A DNA stretch of 64,000 nt, taken from an uncultured Acidimicrobiales bacterium. Lineage in GTDB: Bacteria; Actinomycetota; Acidimicrobiia; Acidimicrobiales; Bin134. The translations under genes were made by a program, and so were the position numbers. The stretch covers positions 1,823,076-1,887,075 of the forward strand of contig OX638344.1 in the NCBI GenBank assembly GCA_951813555.1. Direction: 5' to 3'. Positions 9,609 through 17,867 of the stretch are shown here, one piece after another. The notes under the pieces were generated by a model. It saw nothing but the letters and a program-made list of their open reading frames with translations, was not told the DNA's origin and made no database searches. The first letter of the stretch is position 1. Each line of letters starts with the position of its first letter.

Positions 9609-9649
9609 CCCCGCAGTTGGAGAACGGAAATCAGACCTTACCAGCCCTG

Positions 9650-9678
9650 TGTATCTCATATTGTGATACATTTTTCTC
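9650..9678 (+). promoter_or_regulatory. Putative leaderless promoter/operator of the antitoxin gene
   Basis: Inverted repeat tgtatc (9650-9655) / gataca (9665-9670). A -10-like TACATT (9667-9672) ends 6 nt before ATG 9679. No SD is present. The stretch is AT-rich. Confidence 0.4.
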
Positions 9679-9918
9679 ATGGCCCATGCTGTCTCGGTCC
9701 GGCTCGATGAAGAGGCGGTCGGTGCCCTGAATCGGCTCACCTCCACCGGGATAAGCCAGTCAGAGGCGATCCGAAGTGCCCTAGTTGAAGCGGCGAATCG
9801 CTTGTACGACATGGACTCCCTTGCCGCTGAGGCCAAGGCGCTTGAGGCCGACGAATTCGACCGGGCCGAGATGCTGGCTGTCGCAGAAATGATGGAGAGT
9901 CTGCGTGCAGAGAGGTGA
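9679..9918 (+). CDS. Ribbon-helix-helix antitoxin (partner of MazF-like toxin)
   Basis: 79 aa. N-terminus MAHAVSVRLDEEAVGALNRL...SQSEAIRSAL fits an RHH pattern. Overlaps the toxin gene by 14 nt. Confidence 0.7.
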   Translation: MAHAVSVRLDEEAVGALNRLTSTGISQSEAIRSALVEAANRLYDMDSLAAEAKALEADEFDRAEMLAVAEMMESLRAER

Positions 9919-10222
9919 TGTTTACCGGCTTCGACTCCCTAAGGGAATCGGCCATGAACAGCAAGGGGAGAGGTTCGGCGTAATTGTGCAGTCGGATGCC
10001 ATATTGCCCCGGTCAGTCGTCCTGGTAGCGCCGACGTCTACCAGCGCCCACCCAGCTTCTTTTCGCCCTGAAGTCCACGTAGCCGGATCAGCTACCAAGG
10101 TATTGGTCGAGCAAGTTGGCGCCGTGGACGCCGGCCGACTCGGTGATCTCGTCGGTCGGCTTACGCCTGAAGAGCAGTGGGGTGTAGACACAGCTCTGAC
10201 GGTCGTTTTGGGTCTCCACTAG
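9905..10222 (+). CDS. mazF: MazF/PemK-family endoribonuclease toxin
   Basis: 105 aa with a GTG start. RGDVYRLRL...GHEQQGERFGVIVQSD...VVLVAPTSTS...VLVEQVGAVDAGRL matches the PemK/MazF pattern. Confidence 0.8.
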   Translation: MQRGDVYRLRLPKGIGHEQQGERFGVIVQSDAILPRSVVLVAPTSTSAHPASFRPEVHVAGSATKVLVEQVGAVDAGRLGDLVGRLTPEEQWGVDTALTVVLGLH

Positions 10223-10253
10223 ACGGCAACGCGCTCGCTGGCCCTTGTTCCCG

Positions 10254-10267
10254 CCAAGTGCCACGAT
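10254..10267. repeat. 14-nt perfect direct repeat, right flank of mazEF-like cassette
   Basis: ccaagtgccacgat, identical to 9595-9608. Ends 6 nt before ATG 10274. Confidence 0.85.
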
Positions 10268-10273
10268 GGTGGG

Positions 10274-11395
10274 ATGGGCAAGTACGGGTATTACGTGATC
10301 GACTCCGATGGCCACGGGGGAGAGCCGCCCCAGTGGCGCCACGGGATCAGTGCCGAGTGGCGGCCGAAGATGGTGGAGTACGTGGCCAAGATGAAGGAGA
10401 TCTACGGCGACCTGCCAGGGGCCGGATCGCCGGTGCACACCGAGGACCAGCAGAACTACGGCGAGTACGCCGCCGGCGAGCTGGACTTCGAGACGCCGCT
10501 ACAGCGGGAGGGCATGGCCGTGCCCGGTCCGCGGATGACCGACATGGACCTTGAGGGCATCGACGTGACCGTCATGTTCCCGCCGGGATCAGGGGAAGAG
10601 TGGGCGCTGGGCGACCCTGGCTTTTCCGCCGAGCTGTGCTGGCTGCTGAACGATGCCCGGGCTACCTACGCGGCCTACGACCCCACCCGCCTCAAGCTGG
10701 TGGCCAAGCTGCCCCTGATCGATCCCGAGCGGGCCGCCGCCGAGCTGGATCGGTGCTTCACCCAATACCCCGACCTGTTCGTGGGCATGGTGACCGCCCA
10801 GCACGTGTTGGACCGCAACCTGAATCACCCGGCCCTGGACGCGGTGTGGGAGGTGGCCGACCACCATGGGGCTGCTGTGTGCGTGCACGGCGGGGGCCAG
10901 GCGCCCGACCAAGTGCCCATCGTGTTGGACCGCTACAACACCCGGCTGGAAAAGCACGCTGTCACCCACCCGTTCGGGGCCATGCTGGCCACGATGAACT
11001 TCACCGTGGGGGGCCTCCTGCACAGGTTCCCCAACTTGCGGTTGGGCATCATGGAGGCTGGCTGCGGCTGGCTTCCGTTCTGGCTGGAGCGCCTGGACGA
11101 GGAGTACGAGCTGATGCCCGACCAGGCCCCCATCTTGGACCGCAAGCCCTCAGAGTATTTCCTTTCAGGGCGGTGTTTCGTGGGCGTGGAGTCCACCGAG
11201 TCGGCCCTTCCCTACGTGATGGACCAGGTGGGCGAAGACATCCTGTGCTACTCCTCGGACTACTGCCACTGGGACTGCGACTTCCCCCACTCGGTGAAGC
11301 TGCTGGTAGAGCGCGACGATCTCAGCGACGACCGCAAGCGCAAGATCCTGACCGACAACCCGGCCAAGCTGTTCGGAATCCCGGTTCCGGCTTAG
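10274..11395 (+). CDS. Amidohydrolase_2 family protein
   Basis: 373 aa. YYVIDSDGHGGEP at the N-terminus and SSDYCHWDCDFPHS at the C-terminus. Paralog of 7876..9111 and 18293..19477. Confidence 0.8.
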   Translation: MGKYGYYVIDSDGHGGEPPQWRHGISAEWRPKMVEYVAKMKEIYGDLPGAGSPVHTEDQQNYGEYAAGELDFETPLQREGMAVPGPRMTDMDLEGIDVTVMFPPGSGEEWALGDPGFSAELCWLLNDARATYAAYDPTRLKLVAKLPLIDPERAAAELDRCFTQYPDLFVGMVTAQHVLDRNLNHPALDAVWEVADHHGAAVCVHGGGQAPDQVPIVLDRYNTRLEKHAVTHPFGAMLATMNFTVGGLLHRFPNLRLGIMEAGCGWLPFWLERLDEEYELMPDQAPILDRKPSEYFLSGRCFVGVESTESALPYVMDQVGEDILCYSSDYCHWDCDFPHSVKLLVERDDLSDDRKRKILTDNPAKLFGIPVPA

Positions 11396-11859
11396 TCGGT
11401 CCTGGGGCCGAACCAGTCGGGGAGGTCAAGTGGGGGGTGGGGGAGTTCGGTGATGCCGCGCTCTTCGAGGATGGAGGCGTACTCGGTTTTGTCGGCGGGG
11501 GCGGGGCGGGAGTCGCCGAAGTAGATCTCCAGGATCTCGGCGCCCTGGTCGCCCACCTTGATGGGACCGAAGGTGGCCAGGTGGGGGAGCTTGATGAGGG
11601 ATCCAGCCCGGCACAGCTCCTCGTCGAAGGTGACCTCCCCGTCTATGACGAAGATGAAGTGGTCGCTGTTGTGGCCGTGGCGCTCGAGCACCAGGCCGGG
11701 GTCGTAGCGGGTGTGGTAGACGGCCCGCTCCTGGGTCAGCTCCATCAGCTTCAGCCACACCGACACCCGGCGGCCGTCGGCGTGCTGCTGGCTCTTCACC
11801 TCGGCGAAGTCCATATCCTCAGCGTGGATGTAGGACACCTGGGGCTGTGGTTCGGTCAT
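11392..11859 (-). CDS. Cupin domain protein
   Basis: 155 aa with core LERHGHNSDHFIFVIDGEVTF. Last gene of a minus-strand run. Confidence 0.6.
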   Translation of the reverse strand: MTEPQPQVSYIHAEDMDFAEVKSQQHADGRRVSVWLKLMELTQERAVYHTRYDPGLVLERHGHNSDHFIFVIDGEVTFDEELCRAGSLIKLPHLATFGPIKVGDQGAEILEIYFGDSRPAPADKTEYASILEERGITELPHPPLDLPDWFGPRTD

Positions 11860-11881
11860 AGCAGTGCTCCTTTGAGGGCTG

Positions 11882-13174
11882 TCACCGGAACATCTTCAGC
11901 GCCCGGCTGTCCGAGGTGTCCTCGGGACGCTCGTCGGCCGCCTCCTCAATGGGGTTCAGCTCATCGGGCGGGGTGAGGGCCAGGCTCACCGGCGTGTCCA
12001 GCTCGATGGGGTCGTGCAGGCCCAATTCGTCGCCCATGTCCCGCAGCGCGGGCAGCACCTCGGTGCCCATCAGCTCGATGCAGCGCAGGGAGTCGTCGTG
12101 GTTGACGCCGCCGTCGTTGCCCCACAGCATGAGGATCGACGGGCGGCATGTCTCCAACACCACTCGCAGCTCGGCGATCACCTCGTCGGGAGTTCCGGCC
12201 ACGATCTCCCGGGCGGCCAGCTGCTGCTCGAACGGGGCGGCCCTAGAGCCTCGCACCTCGGCGTTGGCCATCTTGGCGTAGTCCAGCCGGCGGGCCGACG
12301 AGCCGTAGCCCGACGGGCTCACCCAATAGGGATGGCCGATGCCGGTGAACTCGCCCTGCATCCACATGAACTCCCGGGCGTTCTCCCGAGCCTTGTCGCC
12401 GTCTTCTTGCACGTGGACTCGCAGCAGATAGCCCCGATTCTCCGGTCCGGGCTCGTAGCCCACGGCCCGGGCGGCCTGGTCGTAGATCTGCCAAAGGTCG
12501 CCGGTGAGGTGCAGGGGCGTGTTGAGCGAGATGTAGGGGTAGCGGTGCTGGGCCGCCCAGCGGATGGTCTCGGCGCTGAACACGCCGGGCACCCAGATGC
12601 GGGGGTGGGGCTTTTGCAGCACCCGGGCCCAGGGGTTGACCACCCGGTACTGGAAGTGCTCGCCCTCCCAGGAGAACGGCCCGTCGTCGGTCATGGTCTT
12701 GACCAGCAGGTCGTGGGCCTCGTTGAACCGCTCCCGGTTGTAGGCCGGGTTGGCGTTGAGGCACACCGACTCCTGGCCCGCGCCCCGCACGATGCCCGAG
12801 ATGAGCCGGCCCTTGGAGATCATGTCGATCATGGCGATCTCCTCGGCGAACATCAGCGGGCTGTCGTAGGTGGGCAGCGGGTTGCCGAGCTGCACGATCT
12901 TGGCCCGGTCGGTGATGGCGGCCAGGATGCTCGACATCACGGTGATGCGGGCCTGCATGCAGAACGGGGCGTTGTGGTGCTCGTTCACCATGATCCCGTC
13001 GAAGCCCACCTGCTCGGCCAGCTTGTACTCCTCGATGCGCTCGTTGAACAGGCGGCTGCCCTCCACCGGGTCGTAGTACTTGTTGGAGAACATCACCGAG
13101 GTGAAGCCCTCCTTCAAGCCCTCCTCGGCCGGATAGGCGCTCATGGGCTGCTCGGTGAAATACGACAAGAACAT
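11882..13174 (-). CDS. Luciferase-like monooxygenase (LLM) family flavin-dependent oxidoreductase
   Basis: 430 aa. FDGIMVNEHHNAPFCMQ and the overall TIM-barrel LLM pattern. Its start overlaps the upstream hydrolase stop by 1 nt. Confidence 0.8.
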   Translation of the reverse strand: MFLSYFTEQPMSAYPAEEGLKEGFTSVMFSNKYYDPVEGSRLFNERIEEYKLAEQVGFDGIMVNEHHNAPFCMQARITVMSSILAAITDRAKIVQLGNPLPTYDSPLMFAEEIAMIDMISKGRLISGIVRGAGQESVCLNANPAYNRERFNEAHDLLVKTMTDDGPFSWEGEHFQYRVVNPWARVLQKPHPRIWVPGVFSAETIRWAAQHRYPYISLNTPLHLTGDLWQIYDQAARAVGYEPGPENRGYLLRVHVQEDGDKARENAREFMWMQGEFTGIGHPYWVSPSGYGSSARRLDYAKMANAEVRGSRAAPFEQQLAAREIVAGTPDEVIAELRVVLETCRPSILMLWGNDGGVNHDDSLRCIELMGTEVLPALRDMGDELGLHDPIELDTPVSLALTPPDELNPIEEAADERPEDTSDSRALKMFR

Positions 13175-14010
13175 CAGGCTTCTCCTCCGGTGACTTGTGC
13201 GGTGCCTCCCGATGTGGCGGTTCCGCTTGTGATGATGGCGGCGAGCGCTTCAGGGGCTTCCAGGTCTACGGCGTGGCCGCAGTCGGGGACGATCACCAGA
13301 CGGGCGTCGGGCAGGGCCTCGACGTAGGTGTGGGCGCACTCGATGGGTACCACGGCGTCGCTGTCGCCCCACACCACCAGAGCGGGTACGGTCACACCGC
13401 CCAGCAGGGGCCGCAGGCGACGGTTGTACATGTAGGGCTTCCACGCCACCCGGGTGGTCATCTCCCGGTTCATGTCCCACACCACCAAGGTGTCGTCGCC
13501 GAGCGGGTGCTCGTCGGGGTCGTCGCCGTTGCGGGGGTAGATGTCCTCGAAGGCCTCGGCTCGGGAGAACGCAGCTTCCACGTAGGCCGAGTGCGAGACC
13601 AAGAACTGATCGTAGATGCGGCCCTGCTCAGGGAGCAGCCCGGCCGCCCCAACCAATACGAGCCGCCTGAGCAGTTCCGGGGCCATGGTGGCCATCTCGG
13701 CCGCCACCCACCCGCCGAACCCGCAGCCCACCAGTTCCACCGGCCCAAAGTCCTTGGCCCGCAGCCACTGGCCCACGATGAGCGCCAAATCTCGAGGATG
13801 GCGAGCCCAGTTGGGCTGATCCGACCCCTCCGGCCCGCCATAACCGGGCAGGTCGAGCGCATGCACCGTGTAGTGGTCGGCCAGGGCGTCGTGAATGGGC
13901 ATCCATCCCGGATTCCCAAACGAGTGGTGCAGCATCACCAACGGATCGCCCGACCCCCCGGCAAGTTCCCGCATCTCTAACCCAGCCACAGTGGTCATCA
14001 CGGTTTGCAT
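13174..14010 (-). CDS. alpha/beta hydrolase (C-C bond/meta-cleavage-product hydrolase-like)
   Basis: Contains HHSFGNPGW and the nucleophile-elbow region VGCGFGGWVA. The elbow has G-C-G-F-G, i.e. no Ser at the usual position, which is worth noting. ATG 14010 is preferred over the track's TTG 14016. Confidence 0.65.
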   Translation of the reverse strand: MQTVMTTVAGLEMRELAGGSGDPLVMLHHSFGNPGWMPIHDALADHYTVHALDLPGYGGPEGSDQPNWARHPRDLALIVGQWLRAKDFGPVELVGCGFGGWVAAEMATMAPELLRRLVLVGAAGLLPEQGRIYDQFLVSHSAYVEAAFSRAEAFEDIYPRNGDDPDEHPLGDDTLVVWDMNREMTTRVAWKPYMYNRRLRPLLGGVTVPALVVWGDSDAVVPIECAHTYVEALPDARLVIVPDCGHAVDLEAPEALAAIITSGTATSGGTAQVTGGEA

Positions 14011-14037
14011 CGCCAAGACGCTATACCGCTCGTGCCC

Positions 14038-14049
14038 TCAGCCGCCGGG
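14038..14049. repeat. Direct repeat, left flank of vapBC cassette (tcagccgccggg)
   Basis: 12/12 identical to 14843-14854, or 15/16 with one G indel. This is a non-coding relic copy of the stop-codon region of gene 14843..15919. Confidence 0.8.
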
Positions 14050-14093
14050 TTGAGAGATGTCCTGGCAAATTGTCTACAGCCCGCGATCCGTGA

Positions 14094-14153
14094 ATTCTAG
14101 AATGGTTGCATATGCATGTATATCTATTCGCATCTAAATGTTAGAATCGACAC
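14094..14153 (+). promoter_or_regulatory. Putative leaderless vapB promoter with two 10-bp palindromes
   Basis: Palindromes ATTCTAGAAT (14094-14103) and TGCATATGCA (14107-14116). A -10-like TAGAAT (14142-14147) ends 6 nt before ATG 14154. No SD is present. The stretch is strongly AT-rich. Confidence 0.45.
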
Positions 14154-14384
14154 ATGAGAACCACAGTAGAGTTCGAGGAGGAAACTGCCAAGGCGTTGGC
14201 CGAGGTGCGCCGGGAGACTGGTATGGGGGTTTCTGAGGCGGTCAACCATCTGGTTCGCCGTGGGCTGATGGCCGAGGTGGAGAGTGCGCCGTTCGTGCAG
14301 CAGACCCACTCGTTGGGGTTGCGGATCGATGTGAGCAACGTGGCTGATGCCATCGACCTGCTCGAAGGCCCCCAGGCGCGGTGA
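14154..14384 (+). CDS. vapB: VapB-type ribbon-helix-helix antitoxin
   Basis: 76 aa. MRTTVEFEEETAKALAEVRRETGMGVSEAVNHLVRRGL is CopG/RHH-like. Lies immediately upstream of the PIN toxin gene. Confidence 0.75.
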   Translation: MRTTVEFEEETAKALAEVRRETGMGVSEAVNHLVRRGLMAEVESAPFVQQTHSLGLRIDVSNVADAIDLLEGPQAR

Positions 14385-14390
14385 GCTCAG

Positions 14391-14831
14391 GTGCTGGTTG
14401 ACGCCAATATCCTCCTGTACGCAGTCGATGACCACGGCCCGTTCCATGCGGCATCGAAGGAGTGGCTGGAAGGGGCGTTGAGCGGGCCGAGGCGGGTGGC
14501 GCTGCCGTGGCAGTCGTTGACCGGTTTCTTGCGAATCGCCACCAACCCTCGGGCTATGGCCAATCCCATGGGTCCGGGCGACGCATGGGCCGTCGTCGAG
14601 TCGTGGCTGGACGCCCGGAACTCCTGGGTGCCCCAGCCCGGCCGCGGACATCGGGAGATCCTGGGTCGGCTGGTGCGCGACCTCCACCTCAGCGCCAACC
14701 TCATTCCCGATGCCGTGCTCGCCGCCCTCTGCGTTGAGCACGGACTCTCCATCGTCTCCGCCGATTCCGACTTCGCCCGCTTCACCGAACTGGAATGGAC
14801 AAACCCCGTGGCCAACCCTCAGGTGAAGTAA
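14391..14831 (+). CDS. vapC: VapC PIN-domain ribonuclease toxin
   Basis: 146 aa with a GTG start. N-terminal LVDANILLYAVD and C-terminal SIVSADSDFARF supply the PIN acidic residues. Confidence 0.85.
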   Translation: MLVDANILLYAVDDHGPFHAASKEWLEGALSGPRRVALPWQSLTGFLRIATNPRAMANPMGPGDAWAVVESWLDARNSWVPQPGRGHREILGRLVRDLHLSANLIPDAVLAALCVEHGLSIVSADSDFARFTELEWTNPVANPQVK

Positions 14832-14842
14832 CGAGCGCTCCG

Positions 14843-14854
14843 TCAGCCGCCGGG
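14843..14854. repeat. Direct repeat, right flank of vapBC cassette
   Basis: tcagccgccggg. It is the stop codon plus the last codons (...NPGG*) of the LLM gene on the minus strand. Confidence 0.8.
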
Positions 14855-15919
14855 GTTGGCGGGGAGGTGGTCGAAGGTTTTGGCGGGGCGGGTGCGGGCG
14901 TATTCCTCCACGATGGGGTGGAGTTGGGCGGGGCTGGCGCCGTGGAGGATGACGCCGTCGCAGCCTAAGTCGAACTGGCCGCGGATTTTCTCGACGCATT
15001 GGGCGGGGGTTCCGGTGGCGGCGGGGGCGAGCCATTCTTCGGGGATGAGGGTGGCGATGTGCTCGAGCTGCTCTGTGGTGGCCACTTGGTCGATGGCGCC
15101 TTGGAAGTTGGCCACCAACTCGTCGGCTAGGAATCGCTCCAGCGCGGCTTGGTCCCAGTTGTTGGTGCGGGCCATGAGCTCGGGGTAGCCCTGAAGGTAG
15201 GTGGCCATGCGGCCCACCGTCTTCTTGAGCCTCACGTCTTCGGGGAGGTGGTCGCCGATGGTGGCGAAGCACGACCATACCTTCACCGAGGCCGGGTCCC
15301 GACCGGCTTCTTCGGCGGCCCGCTTGACGTCACCGACTACCCGGGCAGTGGTCTCGTCGGTGAAGAAGGTGTGCAGCACTACGGCGTCGAAGCAGCGTCC
15401 GCCCAAGGCCAGAGAGTTGGGGCCGAAGGCGGTGAGGGCCATGGGGATGTGCTCGCTGCTTGCTCCCATGAGGGTGAGCACCGGGTAGTTGCCGATGGGG
15501 CCTTCGTGGTTGAAGATGGGCTCGCCTTGCCACAGCCGGCGCATTACGCCCACGAAGTCCTCCATTTGGGCTGTGGTGATGGGGGGCAGGCCGAACGCCT
15601 GCGACAGGCGGTCGACCCCTCGGCCGAGGCCCAGGCAGAATCGTCCGCCGGTGAGCTTGTGCATGGTCATGGCGTAGGCCGCGGTCACCACGGGATGGCG
15701 GGTGTGGTGGTTGGTGGCCGCGGTGGCGATGCCCATGCGTTCGGCGGCCACGCCGACGGCCCCAGACAGGGTGGCCGCCTCTTTGATGTTGAACCGCTCG
15801 CTGATGAACACGTTGCCGATGCCCAGCTCCTCGGCCTGGCGCACCTCGTCGATCAGCTCCCGAGGCGATTCCGGCGCCCCCGCCAGGGTGTAGAAGCCGA
15901 GCTCGTTCATCTGGGCCAT
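14843..15919 (-). CDS. LLM-class F420-dependent oxidoreductase
   Basis: Track ORF 14843..16084 trimmed to ATG 15919, which has a gaggag SD upstream and avoids overlap with rmuC. N-terminus MAQMNELGFYTLAGAPESPRELIDEVRQAEELGIGNVFISERF. Confidence 0.8.
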   Translation of the reverse strand: MAQMNELGFYTLAGAPESPRELIDEVRQAEELGIGNVFISERFNIKEAATLSGAVGVAAERMGIATAATNHHTRHPVVTAAYAMTMHKLTGGRFCLGLGRGVDRLSQAFGLPPITTAQMEDFVGVMRRLWQGEPIFNHEGPIGNYPVLTLMGASSEHIPMALTAFGPNSLALGGRCFDAVVLHTFFTDETTARVVGDVKRAAEEAGRDPASVKVWSCFATIGDHLPEDVRLKKTVGRMATYLQGYPELMARTNNWDQAALERFLADELVANFQGAIDQVATTEQLEHIATLIPEEWLAPAATGTPAQCVEKIRGQFDLGCDGVILHGASPAQLHPIVEEYARTRPAKTFDHLPANPGG

Positions 15920-16022
15920 GGGGTCTCCTCGTCGTTCTTTGGGCCAGTTGGAGGTTAGGCCAAGCTGTGGTCTGAAGGCGCTGCCGGAAACTGTCACCGG
16001 GGGTTCATAGGATGGCGGGCCT

Positions 16023-17384
16023 ATGGAGATTGTTCTTCTTGTTGTTGTTGTGGTCTTGGTGGTCGCCCTGGCTGTTGCCGTCACGCGGGTAGCTCAGCTA
16101 AAGGTCCAACTGGAAGAGCGTGACCGGCAGTTCAATGAGTCTCGAAGTGAGCGCGACGCGGCTCGGGCTGAGCAAAAGGAATTACGAGAAGAGCGGGATG
16201 TCGCTCTCCGCGAATTAGAAGGGGTGAAGGCCGACCACCTTGCCCGCACTGAAGAGCTGGCCAAAGCCCGCGAGGAGTTGGAGACCCAGTTCAAGGGCAT
16301 TGCCGATGATGTGACCAAGGCCAACAGCGAGGCGTTCCTCAAGCACGCCAAGGAGCAGTTCGAGAATCAGAAGAAGCTCAACGAGGCCGACTTGAAGCAG
16401 CGCCAGCAGGCCATCGACGAGTTGGTCAAGCCGGTGAAAGAGAACTTGGCGAAGTTCGAACAGCAGGTTGTCGACATGGAGAAAGACCGCAAAGGCGCCT
16501 ATGACGTCTTGCGGAACCAGGTCGGCCAGTTAAGGGATACAGCCCAGGGTCTCAGCGAAGCTCTGCGGTCCCCGCAGATGCGGGGCCAGTGGGGGGAGCA
16601 ACAGCTCCGCAACATCCTGGAGCTTTCGGGGTTGAGCGAGCGGATCGACTTCGTCGAGCAGGACACCGTCGACTTGGGGGAGAGCCGGGGACGGCCCGAC
16701 GCTGTGGTTCACATCCCCGGCGGCTTGGAAGTAGTGATCGACGCCAAGACGCCGCTGAGTTCCTACCTAGATGCGCACCATGCTGATGATGAACAGCGCC
16801 AAAGCGAATTGCTGAACAGCCACGCCAACACGCTATTGGGCCACGCTAAGACTTTGGGCGACCGGGACTACGCCGCCGCAGTCGATGGATCGCCCGACTT
16901 CGTGGTGATGTTCGTGCCTGCCGACCCCATCTTGGATTCGGCTATGGACGCGAGGCCCACGCTGTGGGAGGACGCCTGGCAGAAGCATCGAGTGCTCATT
17001 GCCACCCCTGGATTGCTATTGGCCTTCTTGCGGACGGTCGCGGTGGCTTGGCAGCAGCAGGATCTCCAGGAGAACGCCCAGGAGATCGCCGATGGAGCTG
17101 CCGATTTGTACGACAGCCTCCGGGTTTATGCCGGCCATGTCGACGGTGTTGGTAAGGGGTTGAAGCGGGCGGTGGACGCCTACAACAAGAGCATCGGCTC
17201 ACTGGAAGGCCGGGTGCTGCCTCGGGCTCGCAAGTTCGAAGCTTGGGGGGTGGTCGCAGGGGGCAAGCAGATCGAGCCGGCTGCCTCAGTAGAGGCGTAT
17301 CCCCGAGCCGTGGCCGCGGCTGAGTTGGTGGAGGCCGAGGCGGTGTTGGAGCTAACGGAGGGAAACGAGCCCGACGACGATTGA
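16023..17384 (+). CDS. rmuC: DNA recombination protein RmuC
   Basis: 453 aa with an N-terminal TM helix, a long coiled-coil (E/R/K-rich) and a C-terminal nuclease-like core PDAVVHIPGGLEVVIDAKTPL...FVVMFVPADP. Confidence 0.85.
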   Translation: MEIVLLVVVVVLVVALAVAVTRVAQLKVQLEERDRQFNESRSERDAARAEQKELREERDVALRELEGVKADHLARTEELAKAREELETQFKGIADDVTKANSEAFLKHAKEQFENQKKLNEADLKQRQQAIDELVKPVKENLAKFEQQVVDMEKDRKGAYDVLRNQVGQLRDTAQGLSEALRSPQMRGQWGEQQLRNILELSGLSERIDFVEQDTVDLGESRGRPDAVVHIPGGLEVVIDAKTPLSSYLDAHHADDEQRQSELLNSHANTLLGHAKTLGDRDYAAAVDGSPDFVVMFVPADPILDSAMDARPTLWEDAWQKHRVLIATPGLLLAFLRTVAVAWQQQDLQENAQEIADGAADLYDSLRVYAGHVDGVGKGLKRAVDAYNKSIGSLEGRVLPRARKFEAWGVVAGGKQIEPAASVEAYPRAVAAAELVEAEAVLELTEGNEPDDD

Positions 17385-17399
17385 CGAGCGGTTAGCCCG

Positions 17400-17867
17400 T
17401 TAGCGGTCGGTCAGTAGTCGCGGGGGGATGAGCCACTCGAGTTGGCCGGAGTTGTCGGAGCTGAGGTTTACCCGAGCCAAGGCTCCGGTGGGCATGCGCA
17501 ACTCGGCGCCGGTCAAATAGTCCAGAGTGCTGGACATCGTTGGCTCGTGCCCGATGATCATAAGCACCGGAACCTGCCGCTTGCAGGCCAACGCGACCAT
17601 GTCTTCGACCGTGCCGTAGTACAGCTCGTCGACTGTATCGGTCGGACAAGTCCAATCCCCGGCAGCAATGGCGATTTCTACGGTTTGGCGAGCCCGAACG
17701 GCTGGCGAGCACAACACCAGATTCGGAACATGGCCGGCCTCCGCGAGGAAGCTGCCGACAGCAGCGGCGGCTGCTCGGCCCCGGTCGGTCAGCGGGCGGC
17801 TGAGATCGTCGGTCGCTCCTGCATGCCAGTCGGATTTGGCGTGTCTCAGGAATATGACTGCTGACAT
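17400..17867 (-). CDS. sixA: Histidine phosphatase superfamily protein (SixA-like)
   Basis: 155 aa. N-terminal MSAVIFLRHAKSDW (RHA/G motif), ...LSPLTDRGR..., and SPAVRARQT. Confidence 0.75.
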   Translation of the reverse strand: MSAVIFLRHAKSDWHAGATDDLSRPLTDRGRAAAAAVGSFLAEAGHVPNLVLCSPAVRARQTVEIAIAAGDWTCPTDTVDELYYGTVEDMVALACKRQVPVLMIIGHEPTMSSTLDYLTGAELRMPTGALARVNLSSDNSGQLEWLIPPRLLTDR

